Notes: generated from the sequence alone by a model not told the origin. A DNA stretch of 64,000 nt from an uncultured Pelagibacteraceae bacterium (GCA_902523125.1 CABYYA010000004.1:3421-67420), one strand, 5' to 3'; shown: positions 11,151 through 25,452, counted from the first letter of the stretch. Made by a program: numbers and translations.

Positions 11151-11202
11151 TTTGTAACTTTTGAAGTCAAATTCATGACACAATTAAGTGTGAGAAGACC
11201 CT

Positions 11203-11877
11203 ATGGAAGCTGATATTTCATCTCAAGCAGTCGGACTTGCATCAAGCGCTGATTTTTCGCTTATGAATTTATTTATAAGAGCGGACATAATTGTAAAATC
11301 AGTCATTGTTATTCTAATTGCATGTTCAGTTTATTCATGGGCAGTAATAATTGAAAAATTAAAATTATTTAAAAAAATAAACCAAAGTTCAGAAGAATTT
11401 GAAACTAAGTTTTGGAATTCAAAATCTGCAGAGTCTTTTTACAACAATCTTCCAGGAAATGTAAATGATCCAATGTCTCTTATTTTTAAAGACGCTATGC
11501 AAAATCTTCTTAAAAGAAGATCTAAAACAGATTTAAATGCTAGAATGACTGCTATGTTAGAAACTGGGATAGAAAAACAAATGTCTAAAATTACAAAGGG
11601 ATTTACTTTTTTAGCAACTGTTGGATCAACGGCACCTTTTATAGGATTATTTGGGACTGTTTGGGGTATAATGAATTCTTTTCAATCTATTGCAATTTCA
11701 AGGAATACTAGTTTAGCAATTGTAGCGCCTGGAATTGCTGAAGCTCTTTTTGCTACGGCATTAGGTTTATTGGCAGCTATTCCTGCAGTAATTGCATACA
11801 ATAAATTTAATAATGACTCTCTAAAATATTCGCAAAAGTTAGAAAACTTTTCTAAAAGATTCTTAACTATTATCTAG
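11203..11877 (+). CDS. tolQ: Tol-Pal protein TolQ
   Basis: LATVGSTAPFIGLFGTVWGIM and APGIAEALFATALGL motifs. Confidence 0.95.
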   Translation: MEADISSQAVGLASSADFSLMNLFIRADIIVKSVIVILIACSVYSWAVIIEKLKLFKKINQSSEEFETKFWNSKSAESFYNNLPGNVNDPMSLIFKDAMQNLLKRRSKTDLNARMTAMLETGIEKQMSKITKGFTFLATVGSTAPFIGLFGTVWGIMNSFQSIAISRNTSLAIVAPGIAEALFATALGLLAAIPAVIAYNKFNNDSLKYSQKLENFSKRFLTII

Positions 11878-11878
11878 A

Positions 11879-12295
11879 ATGGCATTTAAGTTTAATCGTT
11901 CATCAAAAGAACCAATGAGTGAAATAAATGTGACACCATTTGTAGATGTAATGTTGGTCTTACTAATTATTTTCATGGTGACTGCACCTTTATTAACAGT
12001 AGGAGTTCAGGTTGATTTACCAGAAAGTTCAGCTGACTCGCTCCCAGAAGAGCAAGAACCTCTAACTTTAACTATAAATTCAAAAGGTGAAATTTTTATT
12101 CAAGAGTCAAAAGTTGAGTATGAAAAAATCATCGCAAAAGTGTTAGCAGTCTCAAAAAACCGGACTGATACCAGAATTTATGTGAGAGGGGATAAAACTA
12201 TTAATTACGGTAGAGTCCTTGAAATTATGGGATTACTTTCTGGCTCAGGATTTACAAAAGTAGCTTTAATTTCAGAACCATACAAAGAAAGGTAA
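11879..12295 (+). CDS. tolR: Tol-Pal protein TolR
   Basis: EINVTPFVDVMLVLLIIFMVTAP and RGDK motifs. Confidence 0.95.
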   Translation: MAFKFNRSSKEPMSEINVTPFVDVMLVLLIIFMVTAPLLTVGVQVDLPESSADSLPEEQEPLTLTINSKGEIFIQESKVEYEKIIAKVLAVSKNRTDTRIYVRGDKTINYGRVLEIMGLLSGSGFTKVALISEPYKER

Positions 12296-12302
12296 TTTTT
12301 TT

Positions 12303-13112
12303 GTGAACAGGAGTATTGTAATTTCCTTTGTTTTACACCTATTTGTTATTTTTTTAACAGCAATGAGCCTTCCTTTTTTAGCAAAAAAACCAATTGATCT
12401 TCCTCCAATTGTTTCAGTAGAGTTAATTCAAATAACTGAAAAAACAAATATTCCATTTGCACCTAAAGCGAAAAAAATAATTGAAAAAGTAAAAGAAAAA
12501 GAAAAAAAATTAGTATCAGAACAGGCTCCACCTAAAAAAGTTAAGAAAACTAAGCCTGATGCTATCCCAATGCCAGAGGACAAAGTAAAGAAAGTTGAAA
12601 AAATAAAAGAAGACAAACAAAACCCTGAAAAAATTGACAATGAAGTAAAGCAAGTTTCTGAATTTGAAAAGGAGGAATTATTTGACCCAAATAATATTGC
12701 TGCTTTGATTGATAAATCTAAAGAGAGCAAAGCAGAGACTTTAAAGAAAAATCCTGATTTAAGCCAAGACCAAAATAAAAATTTTGAGAATACAGGACTA
12801 TCATTAAGTGAAGAAGATGCATTAAAAGCACAAATTTTTGGTTGTTGGAGTATTCCACTTGGACTACCATATAATGAAAATTTACTTGTCAGAATAAAAC
12901 TTGAATTAAAACCAGATGGGTCAGTTATTAAGTCAGAAATTTTAGATCATGCTAGGATGAATAAGCCAGGACAAGGATTTTATAAAGTATTAGCAGAAAG
13001 TGCTTTAAGAGCTATTAAATTGTGTCAGCCTTTAAGAGTTCCTAGCACTGGTTATGAAAGATGGAAGGAATTACAGTTAAATTTTGATGCAAGAGAAATG
13101 TTAGAAGGTTAG
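12303..13112 (+). CDS. tolA: Tol-Pal protein TolA
   Basis: N-terminal TM with SxxxH, K/E/P-rich linker, C-terminal CW..P...AESALRAI domain; position between tolR and tolB. Confidence 0.85.
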   Translation: MNRSIVISFVLHLFVIFLTAMSLPFLAKKPIDLPPIVSVELIQITEKTNIPFAPKAKKIIEKVKEKEKKLVSEQAPPKKVKKTKPDAIPMPEDKVKKVEKIKEDKQNPEKIDNEVKQVSEFEKEELFDPNNIAALIDKSKESKAETLKKNPDLSQDQNKNFENTGLSLSEEDALKAQIFGCWSIPLGLPYNENLLVRIKLELKPDGSVIKSEILDHARMNKPGQGFYKVLAESALRAIKLCQPLRVPSTGYERWKELQLNFDAREMLEG

Positions 13113-13128
13113 TATAGAAAATAAAAAA

Positions 13129-14469
13129 ATGAAAAATTTTTTAATAACTTTAATTATAATCTTAATACCATTTAAATCATTTGGTCTGATAGAGGTTGAT
13201 ATAACCAGAGGTAATCTAAACCCATTACCAGTTGCAGTTTCTCCATTATCTATTAATGAGGAATCAAGAAAAAATTTTGAGAATATTCTTAAAAAGAAAA
13301 ATATCGGCTCAGAAATATCATCAATTGTAGAAAATAATTTAAAGATTTCAGGTTTGTTTAATCCTTTAAATAAAGATGCATTTTTACAAGAACCAGATAT
13401 TGCAAATTTAAAGCCAAGATTTGAAGATTGGAACTTAATTAAAGCTCAGGCTTTGATCACTGGAAAAGTTAGTTATGTTGAAGAAAAACTAAGAGTAGAA
13501 TTTAGATTGTGGGATGTGCTAGCGGGCAAAGAAATGATGGCACTAGCATTTACAACTGTTCCAAATAATTGGAGACGTGTTGGTCACATAATAACAGATA
13601 AAGTCTATGAGAGATTAACTGGTGAAAGAGGTTATTTTGATACTAGGATTATTTATGTTGCAGAGGAGGGACCTAAAACTCAAAGAGTAAAAAAATTAGC
13701 TATCATGGATCAAGATGGTGCTAACAACAAGTTTTTGACATTAGGAAATGAACTTGTTTTAACTCCAAGATTTAATCCAACAAGTCAATTGGTAACTTAT
13801 CTTTCATATTTTAGAAATTTACCAAGAGTTTATTTACTGGACATTGAAACAGGAACCCAAGAAGTTGTTGGAGATTTTCCGGGTATGACCTTTGCACCAA
13901 GATTTTCTCCAGATGGAAAAAAAATAATAATGAGTTTTGCTAAGGATGGCAATTCTGAAATTTACACAATGGATTTAGAGAATAGAATAGTTGAAAAAAT
14001 TACAAATCATCCATCTATAGATACATCACCATCTTATTCTCCAGATGGTAAATTTATTTCTTTCAACTCTGACAGAAGTGGTTATCAACAAATTTACGTA
14101 ATGAAGAGTGATGGAAGTAACGTTAAGAGAATATCTTTTGGTAAAGGAATTTATGGTACCCCAGTTTGGTCCCCGAGAGGAGATCTAATCGCATTTACAA
14201 AATTACATAAAGGAAAATTTTATATCGGCGTGATGAGAACTGATGGAAGTGGCGAAAGATTATTAACTGAAAATTTTTATCAAGAAGCTCCATCTTGGTC
14301 ACCCAATGGAAGAGTATTGATTTTTTATAGGGAAACAAAAACAGATTCTAGGGGTGAGGGTTTTTCTGCTAAATTATGGTCTATAGATTTAACTGGCTAT
14401 AATGAGAGACAAGTTCCTACTCCAACTGATGGATCAGACCCATCATGGTCATCTTTATTAAGTAATTAA
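13129..14469 (+). CDS. tolB: Tol-Pal beta-propeller protein TolB
   Basis: Signal peptide, repeated P.(F/W/Y)SPDG motifs, GYFDTRI. Confidence 0.96.
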   Translation: MKNFLITLIIILIPFKSFGLIEVDITRGNLNPLPVAVSPLSINEESRKNFENILKKKNIGSEISSIVENNLKISGLFNPLNKDAFLQEPDIANLKPRFEDWNLIKAQALITGKVSYVEEKLRVEFRLWDVLAGKEMMALAFTTVPNNWRRVGHIITDKVYERLTGERGYFDTRIIYVAEEGPKTQRVKKLAIMDQDGANNKFLTLGNELVLTPRFNPTSQLVTYLSYFRNLPRVYLLDIETGTQEVVGDFPGMTFAPRFSPDGKKIIMSFAKDGNSEIYTMDLENRIVEKITNHPSIDTSPSYSPDGKFISFNSDRSGYQQIYVMKSDGSNVKRISFGKGIYGTPVWSPRGDLIAFTKLHKGKFYIGVMRTDGSGERLLTENFYQEAPSWSPNGRVLIFYRETKTDSRGEGFSAKLWSIDLTGYNERQVPTPTDGSDPSWSSLLSN

Positions 14470-14555
14470 TAATTAATTCGCTTGATTTTTAGCCTTGAAA
14501 GATCTAATTAGTTGTGAAAAACTAAGTCTAAAGAAATATTGATCAAGGAGTAATA

Positions 14556-15035
14556 ATGAAATTAAGCAAAATTCTAAAAAATGGATTTTTAATAGCGTTT
14601 GCGTGCTTAGCACTTTCTGCATGTGCTACATCAAAGAAAACTACAGGGCAAATGCAAGGCGATGTCTATACTGGAACAGATACAGTTGAGTACTTAGCTT
14701 CAGGTGTTCCTGATAGAGTATTTTTTGCAACCAACGAGTCGGTTCTAACTACAGCTTCTAGAGAAACTCTTAGAAAGCAAGCTGCATGGTTAAGAAAAAA
14801 TTCTAAAATTACAATTGTTTTAGAGGGACATGCTGACGAAAGAGGAACAAGAGAATATAATTTAGCATTAGGTGAGAGAAGAGCTAATGCAGCTAAAGAT
14901 TATTTAATGACTTACGGAATTTCTTCTGACAGAATTTCAGTTTTAAGTTATGGTAAAGAGAGACCAGTAGACTCTGGGTCAAATCCACTAGCTTGGTCAA
15001 AAAATAGAAGATCTGTAACAGTTAAAGCAAATTAA
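14556..15035 (+). CDS. pal: Peptidoglycan-associated lipoprotein
   Basis: Lipobox LSAC; EGHADERGTREYNLALGERRA; AAGGAG Shine-Dalgarno. Confidence 0.97.
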   Translation: MKLSKILKNGFLIAFACLALSACATSKKTTGQMQGDVYTGTDTVEYLASGVPDRVFFATNESVLTTASRETLRKQAAWLRKNSKITIVLEGHADERGTREYNLALGERRANAAKDYLMTYGISSDRISVLSYGKERPVDSGSNPLAWSKNRRSVTVKAN

Positions 15036-15052
15036 ATATTCAATTAACATTT

Positions 15053-15093
15053 AAGACCTCTTAAATTATAATGATTTAAGAGGTCTTTTTTTT
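15053..15093 (+). terminator. Rho-independent terminator after pal
   Basis: 14-bp stem AAGACCTCTTAAAT/ATTTAAGAGGTCTT, 7-nt loop, then a T run. Confidence 0.88.
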
Positions 15094-15121
15094 GCCATTA
15101 TTTTAAAGATAACTTAATTGA

Positions 15122-16111
15122 ATGAAATACTTTAAAGAATTATTGAAATTCAGATTTTTTTTTTTATTTAGTCTTTTAGTTTGTTTCCCTTCTTTCGCTG
15201 ACAATCATAATATTTACGATACATTAGAGTTGATCAAAAAAGATTTAAAAACTCTTGAAAAAGCTGTTTATTCAAATTCAAGTGAATTCAATAACACTAA
15301 TTCAGTTTCATCAAGTGTTGACAGTAACTCTGAGGATGTGCTTACAAGACATTTGTTGAAATTATCTGAAATTGAAAATCAATTTCAGGAACTTACTAAT
15401 AAATTTGAAGAAATAAATTTTAAACTAGATAAGTTATCAAATAGACTCTCTAAAGTTCAATCAGATAATCAACTTAGATTTCAAGATTTAGAAACTGCTC
15501 TATCAAATGGTGAAACTATAAATTTGACTTCAAAAAAAAGTTTAGAATCTAATACAGAAATTTTACCAGGCTCATCTCAACCACAAGACTTAGGGTCAAT
15601 ATCTTATAAAGATAATTCTACAAACGATACGACACAAAAAATTCAATCAGTTGAAACGACTGCCACAATCGTTACAGAGACATTTCAAGCAGAAGAAAAA
15701 ATTTTACCAAATCTTTCGGCACCTGAACAATATGAATTTGCAACAAGTTTTTTAAAAGTTGGAGATTATCCAACTGCTGAAAGAGCATTTAGAGAATTTG
15801 TAATTTCAAATCCTGATCATAAATTGGCAGGTAACGCACAATATTGGTATGCTGAAACATTTCGAATAAGACAACTATATACTGATGCTGCCTCAGCTTA
15901 TTTAGAAGGTTATCAAAAATACCCAAAAGGAGAAAAAGCTCCTATTAATTTATTAAAGCTAGGTGTATCAATGATACAGATTGGAGAAAAAGATCAAGGC
16001 TGTAAAATGATAAGTGGTGTTGAAAAACAATACCCAGACGCAAATCAGTCTGTTATTCAAAAAGCAAAGTATGAGTCTCAAAAATTTGAGTGTAAGAAAA
16101 AAAATTCCTAA
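15122..16111 (+). CDS. cpoB: Cell division coordinator CpoB (YbgF)
   Basis: Signal peptide, coiled coil and C-terminal TPRs (AGNAQYWYAE, KAPINLLKLG); follows pal. Confidence 0.88.
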   Translation: MKYFKELLKFRFFFLFSLLVCFPSFADNHNIYDTLELIKKDLKTLEKAVYSNSSEFNNTNSVSSSVDSNSEDVLTRHLLKLSEIENQFQELTNKFEEINFKLDKLSNRLSKVQSDNQLRFQDLETALSNGETINLTSKKSLESNTEILPGSSQPQDLGSISYKDNSTNDTTQKIQSVETTATIVTETFQAEEKILPNLSAPEQYEFATSFLKVGDYPTAERAFREFVISNPDHKLAGNAQYWYAETFRIRQLYTDAASAYLEGYQKYPKGEKAPINLLKLGVSMIQIGEKDQGCKMISGVEKQYPDANQSVIQKAKYESQKFECKKKNS

Positions 16112-17099
16112 AATCTATAAATCAAAACTTTTAAATCAAAAAGTAAATAAAATTTTTAAAAAATTTGAAAAGTCATTCAAAATAGATACTAATTTTATAG
16201 TTGCAGTGTCTGGAGGTGCAGATAGTTTGGCTTTAGCTTTTTTAACAAAAGTATACTCTTTAAAAAAAAACTTAAATCCAAGGTATTTTATTGTAGATCA
16301 TAAGCTTAGAAAAGAGTCTACTTATGAGGCCCTTGAAGTAAAAAAAATTCTTAAATCTTTAAAAATCAATTCTCAAGTTCTTGCTTGGAAGGGAAAAAAA
16401 CCTACGAGTAATATTCAATCCTTAGCCAGAAGTAAAAGATATGAGCTTTTATTCTTTAAATGTAAAAAACTAAAAATTAGCAACTTAGTCTTAGGTCATC
16501 ATGTAGATGATTTAATTGAAAACTTTTTTTTAAGAATGGCTAGAGGAAGTGGTTTAAAAGGACTCGTATCACTTGGGACAAATACTCAAATCCAAAATAT
16601 AAATTTAATTAGACCTTTGATAAAATTTGACAAAAAAGATTTAATATTTTTATCAAAATTTATATTTAATTTTTACGTAGATGATCCAACCAATGATGAT
16701 ACTAAATTCAATAGAATTAAAGTTAGAAACCTAATTAAGGATTTTGAGGATTTTGGCCTTGATAAGAAAAAATTTCAATTAACAATTGAAAATTTAAAAA
16801 AGTCCGACCAATCAATAAAGTTTTATGTTGAAAAGAATAAGAAAGAGAACTCGATTTTTAACTATAGAAAAAATGAACTTATATTAAAAGAAAACTTTTT
16901 TGATAATTCACATGATGTTATTTTTAGATCTTTATCCGATTTAATTCATTTAGTGGGAAAAAAGCCTAATTTTGTGAGAGGTAAAAAAATTGAAAGTATT
17001 TTGAATAAAATTAAAGAGCGTAAACTAAGAAAAGAAACATTAGGAGGATGCGTCATTAAGATGGTAAATCACACTGTGATTTTAACAAAAGAAGGGTAA
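16071..17099 (+). CDS. tilS: tRNA(Ile)-lysidine synthetase
   Basis: AVSGGADS, DHKLR and GHHVDD motifs; start moved to ATG 16071 (MSLKNL). Confidence 0.92.
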   Translation: MSLKNLSVRKKIPKIYKSKLLNQKVNKIFKKFEKSFKIDTNFIVAVSGGADSLALAFLTKVYSLKKNLNPRYFIVDHKLRKESTYEALEVKKILKSLKINSQVLAWKGKKPTSNIQSLARSKRYELLFFKCKKLKISNLVLGHHVDDLIENFFLRMARGSGLKGLVSLGTNTQIQNINLIRPLIKFDKKDLIFLSKFIFNFYVDDPTNDDTKFNRIKVRNLIKDFEDFGLDKKKFQLTIENLKKSDQSIKFYVEKNKKENSIFNYRKNELILKENFFDNSHDVIFRSLSDLIHLVGKKPNFVRGKKIESILNKIKERKLRKETLGGCVIKMVNHTVILTKEG

Positions 17100-17106
17100 A
17101 AATAGA

Positions 17107-17134
17107 CTTGTTAAATTTATAATAATTCTTATCT
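17107..17134 (+). promoter_or_regulatory. Putative sigma32 (RpoH) promoter of ftsH
   Basis: CTTG-N17-CTTATCT matches the alphaproteobacterial heat-shock consensus CTTG-N17-CYTATNT and ends 7 nt before the ATG. Confidence 0.6.
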
Positions 17135-17141
17135 TATAGTC

Positions 17142-19043
17142 ATGAATCTTAAAAACTTAGCAATGTGGGCAATAATCGTTTTTTTAACGATTGGTCTTTA
17201 CAATATGTTTAAAAATCCTCAAGCTAACATTAAAAGTTCTAATCAAGTTATTTTCTCAGAATTTTTAGAATCTGTAGAACAAGGCGAGGTATTAAAAGTT
17301 GAGATTCAAGGAAACAACATAAACGGTGTATATGCAAATGGGAAAAATTTTAAAACTTATTCACCAAATGATCCTAATTTAATTGAAAAACTTTCAGAGA
17401 AGGGTGTAAGTATATCTGCTGCACCTATAGATGAAAAGATGCCTTCATTATTTGGTGTCCTACTCTCATGGTTTCCAATGTTATTGTTAATAGCAGTTTG
17501 GATTTTCTTTATGAGACAAATGCAAGGTGGAAAAGGTGGAGCGATGGGCTTTGGAAGATCTAAAGCAAAAATGATGAATGAAATGAAAGGCAAGGTAACC
17601 TTTAATGATGTTGCAGGAGTAGAAGAGGCTAAAGAGGAAGTTGAAGAAATTGTTGAGTTTTTAAAAGATCCAAGAAAATTTAGTAGGCTAGGTGGAAAAA
17701 TACCTAGAGGTGCACTTCTTGTTGGTCCTCCAGGAACAGGAAAAACTTTATTAGCAAGAGCAATCGCTGGTGAAGCAGGTGTTCCTTTCTTTACTATTTC
17801 TGGTTCAGATTTTGTAGAAATGTTTGTTGGTGTAGGAGCATCAAGAGTTAGAGACATGTTTGAACAAGGAAAAAAAAATTCGCCTTGTATAATATTTATT
17901 GATGAAATTGATGCTGTTGGAAGAAGTCGGGGCGCAGGTTTAGGTGGAGGTAACGATGAAAGGGAACAAACTCTAAATCAACTTCTTGTTGAAATGGATG
18001 GTTTTGATACTAACGAAGGTGTCATAATAATTGCAGCAACAAATAGACCCGACGTTCTTGATCCTGCATTACTAAGACCAGGTAGATTTGATAGACAAGT
18101 TGTGGTTTCTAATCCAGATATAATTGGAAGAGAAAAAATCTTAAAAGTTCATGTTAAAAAAATCAAGATGGCTCCTGATGTAAATTTGAGAACAATAGCA
18201 AGAGGAACTCCAGGATTTTCAGGCGCTGATCTTGCTAATTTAGTAAATGAGTCTGCATTGTTAGCGGCTAGAAAAAATAAAAGAATTGTTACTTTAAATG
18301 AATTTGAAGAAGCTAAAGATAAAGTAATGATGGGAGCTGAGAGACGATCAATGGTTATGACTGAAGATGAAAAGAAATTAACAGCATACCATGAAGGTGG
18401 ACACGCTTTAGTTTCATTTAACATGCCTATTTACGACCCGATTCACAAAGCAACGATTATACCAAGAGGACGAGCTTTAGGTATGGTAATGAATTTACCT
18501 GAAAGAGACAAACATGGTCACTCAATAAAATATTTGAAGGCAAGACTAGCGGTATGTTTTGGTGGAAGAGTGGCAGAGGAAGTAATTTTTGGAAAAGATA
18601 ACATTTCAACTGGAGCAGGTGGGGGAAGTGGCTCAGATATCAATCAAGCAACTCAACTTGCTAGAGCTATGGTAACAAAATATGGAATGAGCGAAGAAAT
18701 GGGCCCAGTTGAATATGGGGAAAATCAAGAGGAAGTTTTTTTAGGAAGATCTGTAACTCAAACACAATCAGTTTCTGAGGAAGTAGCTCAAAAAATAGAC
18801 AAAGAGATTAGAAAATTAGTTGATGAGGGGTATAATAAAGCAAAAGAAATCTTAACTGAAAAAGTTGATGATTTACATAAAATTGCAAAAGCTCTTATGA
18901 CATATGAAACATTAACAGGTGAAGAAATAGAGAATATAATTACTAAAAACCTATATCCTGCTGATAAACAAGATTTAAAAGTTGATGATGATAAGAATTC
19001 TTCTTTAGGTGCCATGGGACTTAAACCTAAGATTGTTCATTAA
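17142..19043 (+). CDS. ftsH: ATP-dependent zinc metalloprotease FtsH
   Basis: Two TMs, [18 protein letters not shown] region, HEGGH. Confidence 0.98.
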   Translation: MNLKNLAMWAIIVFLTIGLYNMFKNPQANIKSSNQVIFSEFLESVEQGEVLKVEIQGNNINGVYANGKNFKTYSPNDPNLIEKLSEKGVSISAAPIDEKMPSLFGVLLSWFPMLLLIAVWIFFMRQMQGGKGGAMGFGRSKAKMMNEMKGKVTFNDVAGVEEAKEEVEEIVEFLKDPRKFSRLGGKIPRGALLVGPPGTGKTLLARAIAGEAGVPFFTISGSDFVEMFVGVGASRVRDMFEQGKKNSPCIIFIDEIDAVGRSRGAGLGGGNDEREQTLNQLLVEMDGFDTNEGVIIIAATNRPDVLDPALLRPGRFDRQVVVSNPDIIGREKILKVHVKKIKMAPDVNLRTIARGTPGFSGADLANLVNESALLAARKNKRIVTLNEFEEAKDKVMMGAERRSMVMTEDEKKLTAYHEGGHALVSFNMPIYDPIHKATIIPRGRALGMVMNLPERDKHGHSIKYLKARLAVCFGGRVAEEVIFGKDNISTGAGGGSGSDINQATQLARAMVTKYGMSEEMGPVEYGENQEEVFLGRSVTQTQSVSEEVAQKIDKEIRKLVDEGYNKAKEILTEKVDDLHKIAKALMTYETLTGEEIENIITKNLYPADKQDLKVDDDKNSSLGAMGLKPKIVH

Positions 19044-19048
19044 TTTTA

Positions 19049-20107
19049 ATGCTTAGATATTACACAAGAGTGTGTAATTTCTACTACGGAAAAAATTCAA
19101 AGAAATTAGTTAATAATAAAAAATCTATTCCACTTAATGGAGTCAAAGAAATTTCATTTGATCAAATAGAGATAATAACAAGAAATTCAAAAAAAAAAAT
19201 TTTTATTAATCAATTAAAACATTTGCCTAAATTACTTAGAAAAAAAATTAATTATGATTTAAGAAAAATTAAATCCAAAAAAAAAAATTTTTCAAATTTT
19301 GATTTCAAAAAAACACCAAATATTTTGGGAGTATTAAATTTAACACCTGATAGCTTTTCAGACGGTGGAAAATTTAATACAAAAAAAAGGGGAATTAATC
19401 ATGCGTTTAATTTAATAAACAGCGGTGCAAATTTGATTGATGTTGGCGGTGAGTCGACACGTCCAGGGTCAAAAGCAATTAAAGAAAATTTAGAATGGCT
19501 AAGAATTAATAAAATTTTAAAATCATTAATCAAAAAAAAAATACCAATTTCCTTAGACACGAGAAAGTCTAAAATTATGAGTAAGGGAATAAAATTAGGT
19601 ATCAAATTAATTAATGATGTTTCAGGATTAGAATTTGACACTGAAACTTTAAATATATTAAAAAAATACAAAATACCATTTGTAATTCAACATTCACAAG
19701 GAACACCAGATAATATGCAAAAAAAACCCAAGTATAAAAATGAGTTATTAGACATATACGATTTTTTTGAAAAAAAAATAAAACTTTTAAGATCGAAGGG
19801 TATCAAACATGAAAAAATTATTCTAGATCCCGGTATAGGTTTTGGAAAAAATTTGAAACATAATATGAGTTTGATTCGCAATATTTCTATTTTTCATTCT
19901 CTTGGTTTTCCTATACTTGTAGGCAATTCAAGAAAAAGATTTATTAAAGAGTTATCAGGAAAAAATGATAGTAAATTAAGAAATGGGGGAACAATAGCAT
20001 CATCAATATATCTTATGATGCAAGGTATTCAAATTTTAAGAATTCATGATGTTAATGAAACAATACAAGGCTTAAAGATCTTTAAAAGTATAATAAATAA
20101 TCAATGA
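19049..20107 (+). CDS. folP: Dihydropteroate synthase with an N-terminal extension
   Basis: GVLNLTPDSFSDGG, GGESTRPG, DPGIGFGK, SRKRF and RIHDV motifs. Confidence 0.95.
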   Translation: MLRYYTRVCNFYYGKNSKKLVNNKKSIPLNGVKEISFDQIEIITRNSKKKIFINQLKHLPKLLRKKINYDLRKIKSKKKNFSNFDFKKTPNILGVLNLTPDSFSDGGKFNTKKRGINHAFNLINSGANLIDVGGESTRPGSKAIKENLEWLRINKILKSLIKKKIPISLDTRKSKIMSKGIKLGIKLINDVSGLEFDTETLNILKKYKIPFVIQHSQGTPDNMQKKPKYKNELLDIYDFFEKKIKLLRSKGIKHEKIILDPGIGFGKNLKHNMSLIRNISIFHSLGFPILVGNSRKRFIKELSGKNDSKLRNGGTIASSIYLMMQGIQILRIHDVNETIQGLKIFKSIINNQ

Positions 20108-21435
20108 AAAAAAAATATTTTGGTACTGATGGTATTAGGGGAGCTACCAACAGTGAAAATATTAATGGAGACATGTTTTTTAAATTTGGCCTAGCTAGTG
20201 GAACATATTTTAAATCCCAAAAAAAAAGAAAACAAATTGCAATAATAGCAAAAGATACAAGATTATCTGGATACACTTTAGAACCAGCACTTGTATCAGG
20301 ATTGGCATCAGCAGGGATGCATGTATATACTTTAGGACCTTTACCCACAAATGGTTTAGCAATGCTAACAAAAGGCATGAAGGCAAATATGGGAATTATG
20401 ATTACAGCTTCTCACAATCCTCATAACGATAATGGATTAAAACTATTTGGACCTGATGGCATGAAACTATCAGATAAAATAGAAAAAAAAATTGAAAGCT
20501 TAATAGATAAAAAAATTACCAAAAATCTCTCGAAGCCTGAAAAATTGGGTAGAGTAAAAAGATTAGAGACAGGTACAAATGATTATATCAAGATATTAAA
20601 AAAAAATTTTACTAAAGAATTCAATTTAAGAGGACTTAGAATTGTAATTGATTGTGCGAATGGAGCAGGTTACAAAGCTGGACCAGAATTATTAAAATCA
20701 TTGGGAGCTAAGGTGATTGCAATAGGAGTTAATCCTAATGGATTAAATATTAACAAATATTGTGGTTCTACATTTCCTGAAAAGATAAAATCTGCAGTTA
20801 AAAAGTATAAGGCTCATATAGGTATTTCACTAGATGGTGATGCAGATAGGATAATTATGTGTGATGAAAAAAGTAACATAATAGATGGCGACCAAATTAT
20901 CGCTGCATTAGCAACAAGGTGGAAAAATAAAAAAATGTTAAAAGGTGGGGTTGTTGGAACATTAATGTCCAATTATGGCCTTGAAAAGTATTTCAAAAAA
21001 AAAGGAATAAAATTTATACGTGCTAATGTTGGTGACAGATACGTAAAAGAGGTAATGCAAAAAAATAAGTTTAATTTAGGCGGAGAACAATCAGGACATA
21101 TTATTCTTGGTAAATTTGCAACTACAGGAGATGGTTTACTTGTAGCCCTGGAGTCTTTATTTGCCATTAGAAAGGGAAAAAAAGCCAGTGAATTTTTTGA
21201 AAAATTTAAGAAAACGCCACAATTACTTAAGAATATTGAAGTAAAAAATAAAAATATAATCAATAAAACTGAAGTTAAGAGATCTATTAAGCTAGCTACA
21301 AAATTAATAAAAAATAATGGTAGAATTCTTGTAAGAAAATCAGGAACAGAGTCTAAAATAAGAATTATGGGAGAAAGTGAAAATAAAAAACTTCTTATTA
21401 AATGTGTTAATATTATTTTGAAAAAAATTAGATAA
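20104..21435 (+). CDS. glmM: Phosphoglucosamine mutase
   Basis: YFGTDGIRG, TASHNP, DGDADR and GGEQSGH motifs. Confidence 0.96.
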   Translation: MKKKYFGTDGIRGATNSENINGDMFFKFGLASGTYFKSQKKRKQIAIIAKDTRLSGYTLEPALVSGLASAGMHVYTLGPLPTNGLAMLTKGMKANMGIMITASHNPHNDNGLKLFGPDGMKLSDKIEKKIESLIDKKITKNLSKPEKLGRVKRLETGTNDYIKILKKNFTKEFNLRGLRIVIDCANGAGYKAGPELLKSLGAKVIAIGVNPNGLNINKYCGSTFPEKIKSAVKKYKAHIGISLDGDADRIIMCDEKSNIIDGDQIIAALATRWKNKKMLKGGVVGTLMSNYGLEKYFKKKGIKFIRANVGDRYVKEVMQKNKFNLGGEQSGHIILGKFATTGDGLLVALESLFAIRKGKKASEFFEKFKKTPQLLKNIEVKNKNIINKTEVKRSIKLATKLIKNNGRILVRKSGTESKIRIMGESENKKLLIKCVNIILKKIR

Positions 21436-21436
21436 T

Positions 21437-24419
<2,983 letters not shown>

Positions 24420-24471
24420 AGTTGTTCTCTTAGACAGTTTATCTAATTAATATTAAAAATTTTTCAATGTT

Positions 24472-25452
24472 TTATTTACCTACATTTCTGAGTGTTTTTA
24501 GTATTATTTGAAGATCATTTGGTAAAATTGAGTTAAAAATCATCTGCTTATTTTTTTTTGGATGTAAAAAGCCCAATGTTTTAGCGTGTAGAAATTGCCT
24601 ATTTAATTTCATTAAAATTTTTTCTAATGATGGCTCTATATCTTTAAGTTTTTTAAACCTTTTTTTATATTTATCATCACCAACTATACTGTTACCTAAA
24701 TAATTCATGTGAACTCTTATTTGATGAGTTCGACCTGTCTCTAATTTACACTCTAACAAACTAAAAGTTGGAATATTTTTGTTTTCAAAAATTTCTAAAG
24801 TTTTGTAATTTGTAATTGCTTTTTTTCCTTTAGTGTTACTAACCTCCATCATTTGTCTATTTTTTGAGCTTCTCTTAATAAAGGTTTCTATTTTACCTTT
24901 AGATGGTCTAACTTTCCCCCAGATTAATAATTGGTAAACTCTTTGGATCGTATGTTTATTAAACTGATTAGAGAGGTGTTCGTGAGTTTGATTATTTTTT
25001 GCAATAACAATTAATCCAGACGTATTTTTATCAATTCTATGAACTATTCCTGGTCTTAGTTCACCTCCAATATTAGAAAAAGAATTTTTACTATAATTCA
25101 TAAGTGCATTTACGATTGTATTATCAAAATTACCCGCACCAGGATGCATTACTATTCCAGATGGTTTATTTAAAACAATTAAATCTTTGTCTTCAAATAC
25201 TATATCTAAATTAAACTCATAAGGTTTTAAGGAAGCTTTTTTTGGTTCAGGTATAACCAATTTTATTTCATCATTAAAAAAAATTTTTTTCGATGGATCA
25301 GTTATAACTTTATTATTTACTCTTAACTTATTATCAAGAATAAGATTCTTTATTCTTGTTCGACTAATAATGTCTTCTCTCTTTTTAATGAAAATATCAA
25401 CACGGAGTTCATTTTCAGTCTCATTAACTATCAAATTTATTTTTTTTTCCAT
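24472..25452 (-). CDS. rluD: RluA/RluD family pseudouridine synthase
   Basis: S4 domain, GIVHRIDKNTSG and GRTHQIRVH motifs. Confidence 0.9.
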   Translation of the reverse strand: MEKKINLIVNETENELRVDIFIKKREDIISRTRIKNLILDNKLRVNNKVITDPSKKIFFNDEIKLVIPEPKKASLKPYEFNLDIVFEDKDLIVLNKPSGIVMHPGAGNFDNTIVNALMNYSKNSFSNIGGELRPGIVHRIDKNTSGLIVIAKNNQTHEHLSNQFNKHTIQRVYQLLIWGKVRPSKGKIETFIKRSSKNRQMMEVSNTKGKKAITNYKTLEIFENKNIPTFSLLECKLETGRTHQIRVHMNYLGNSIVGDDKYKKRFKKLKDIEPSLEKILMKLNRQFLHAKTLGFLHPKKNKQMIFNSILPNDLQIILKTLRNVGK

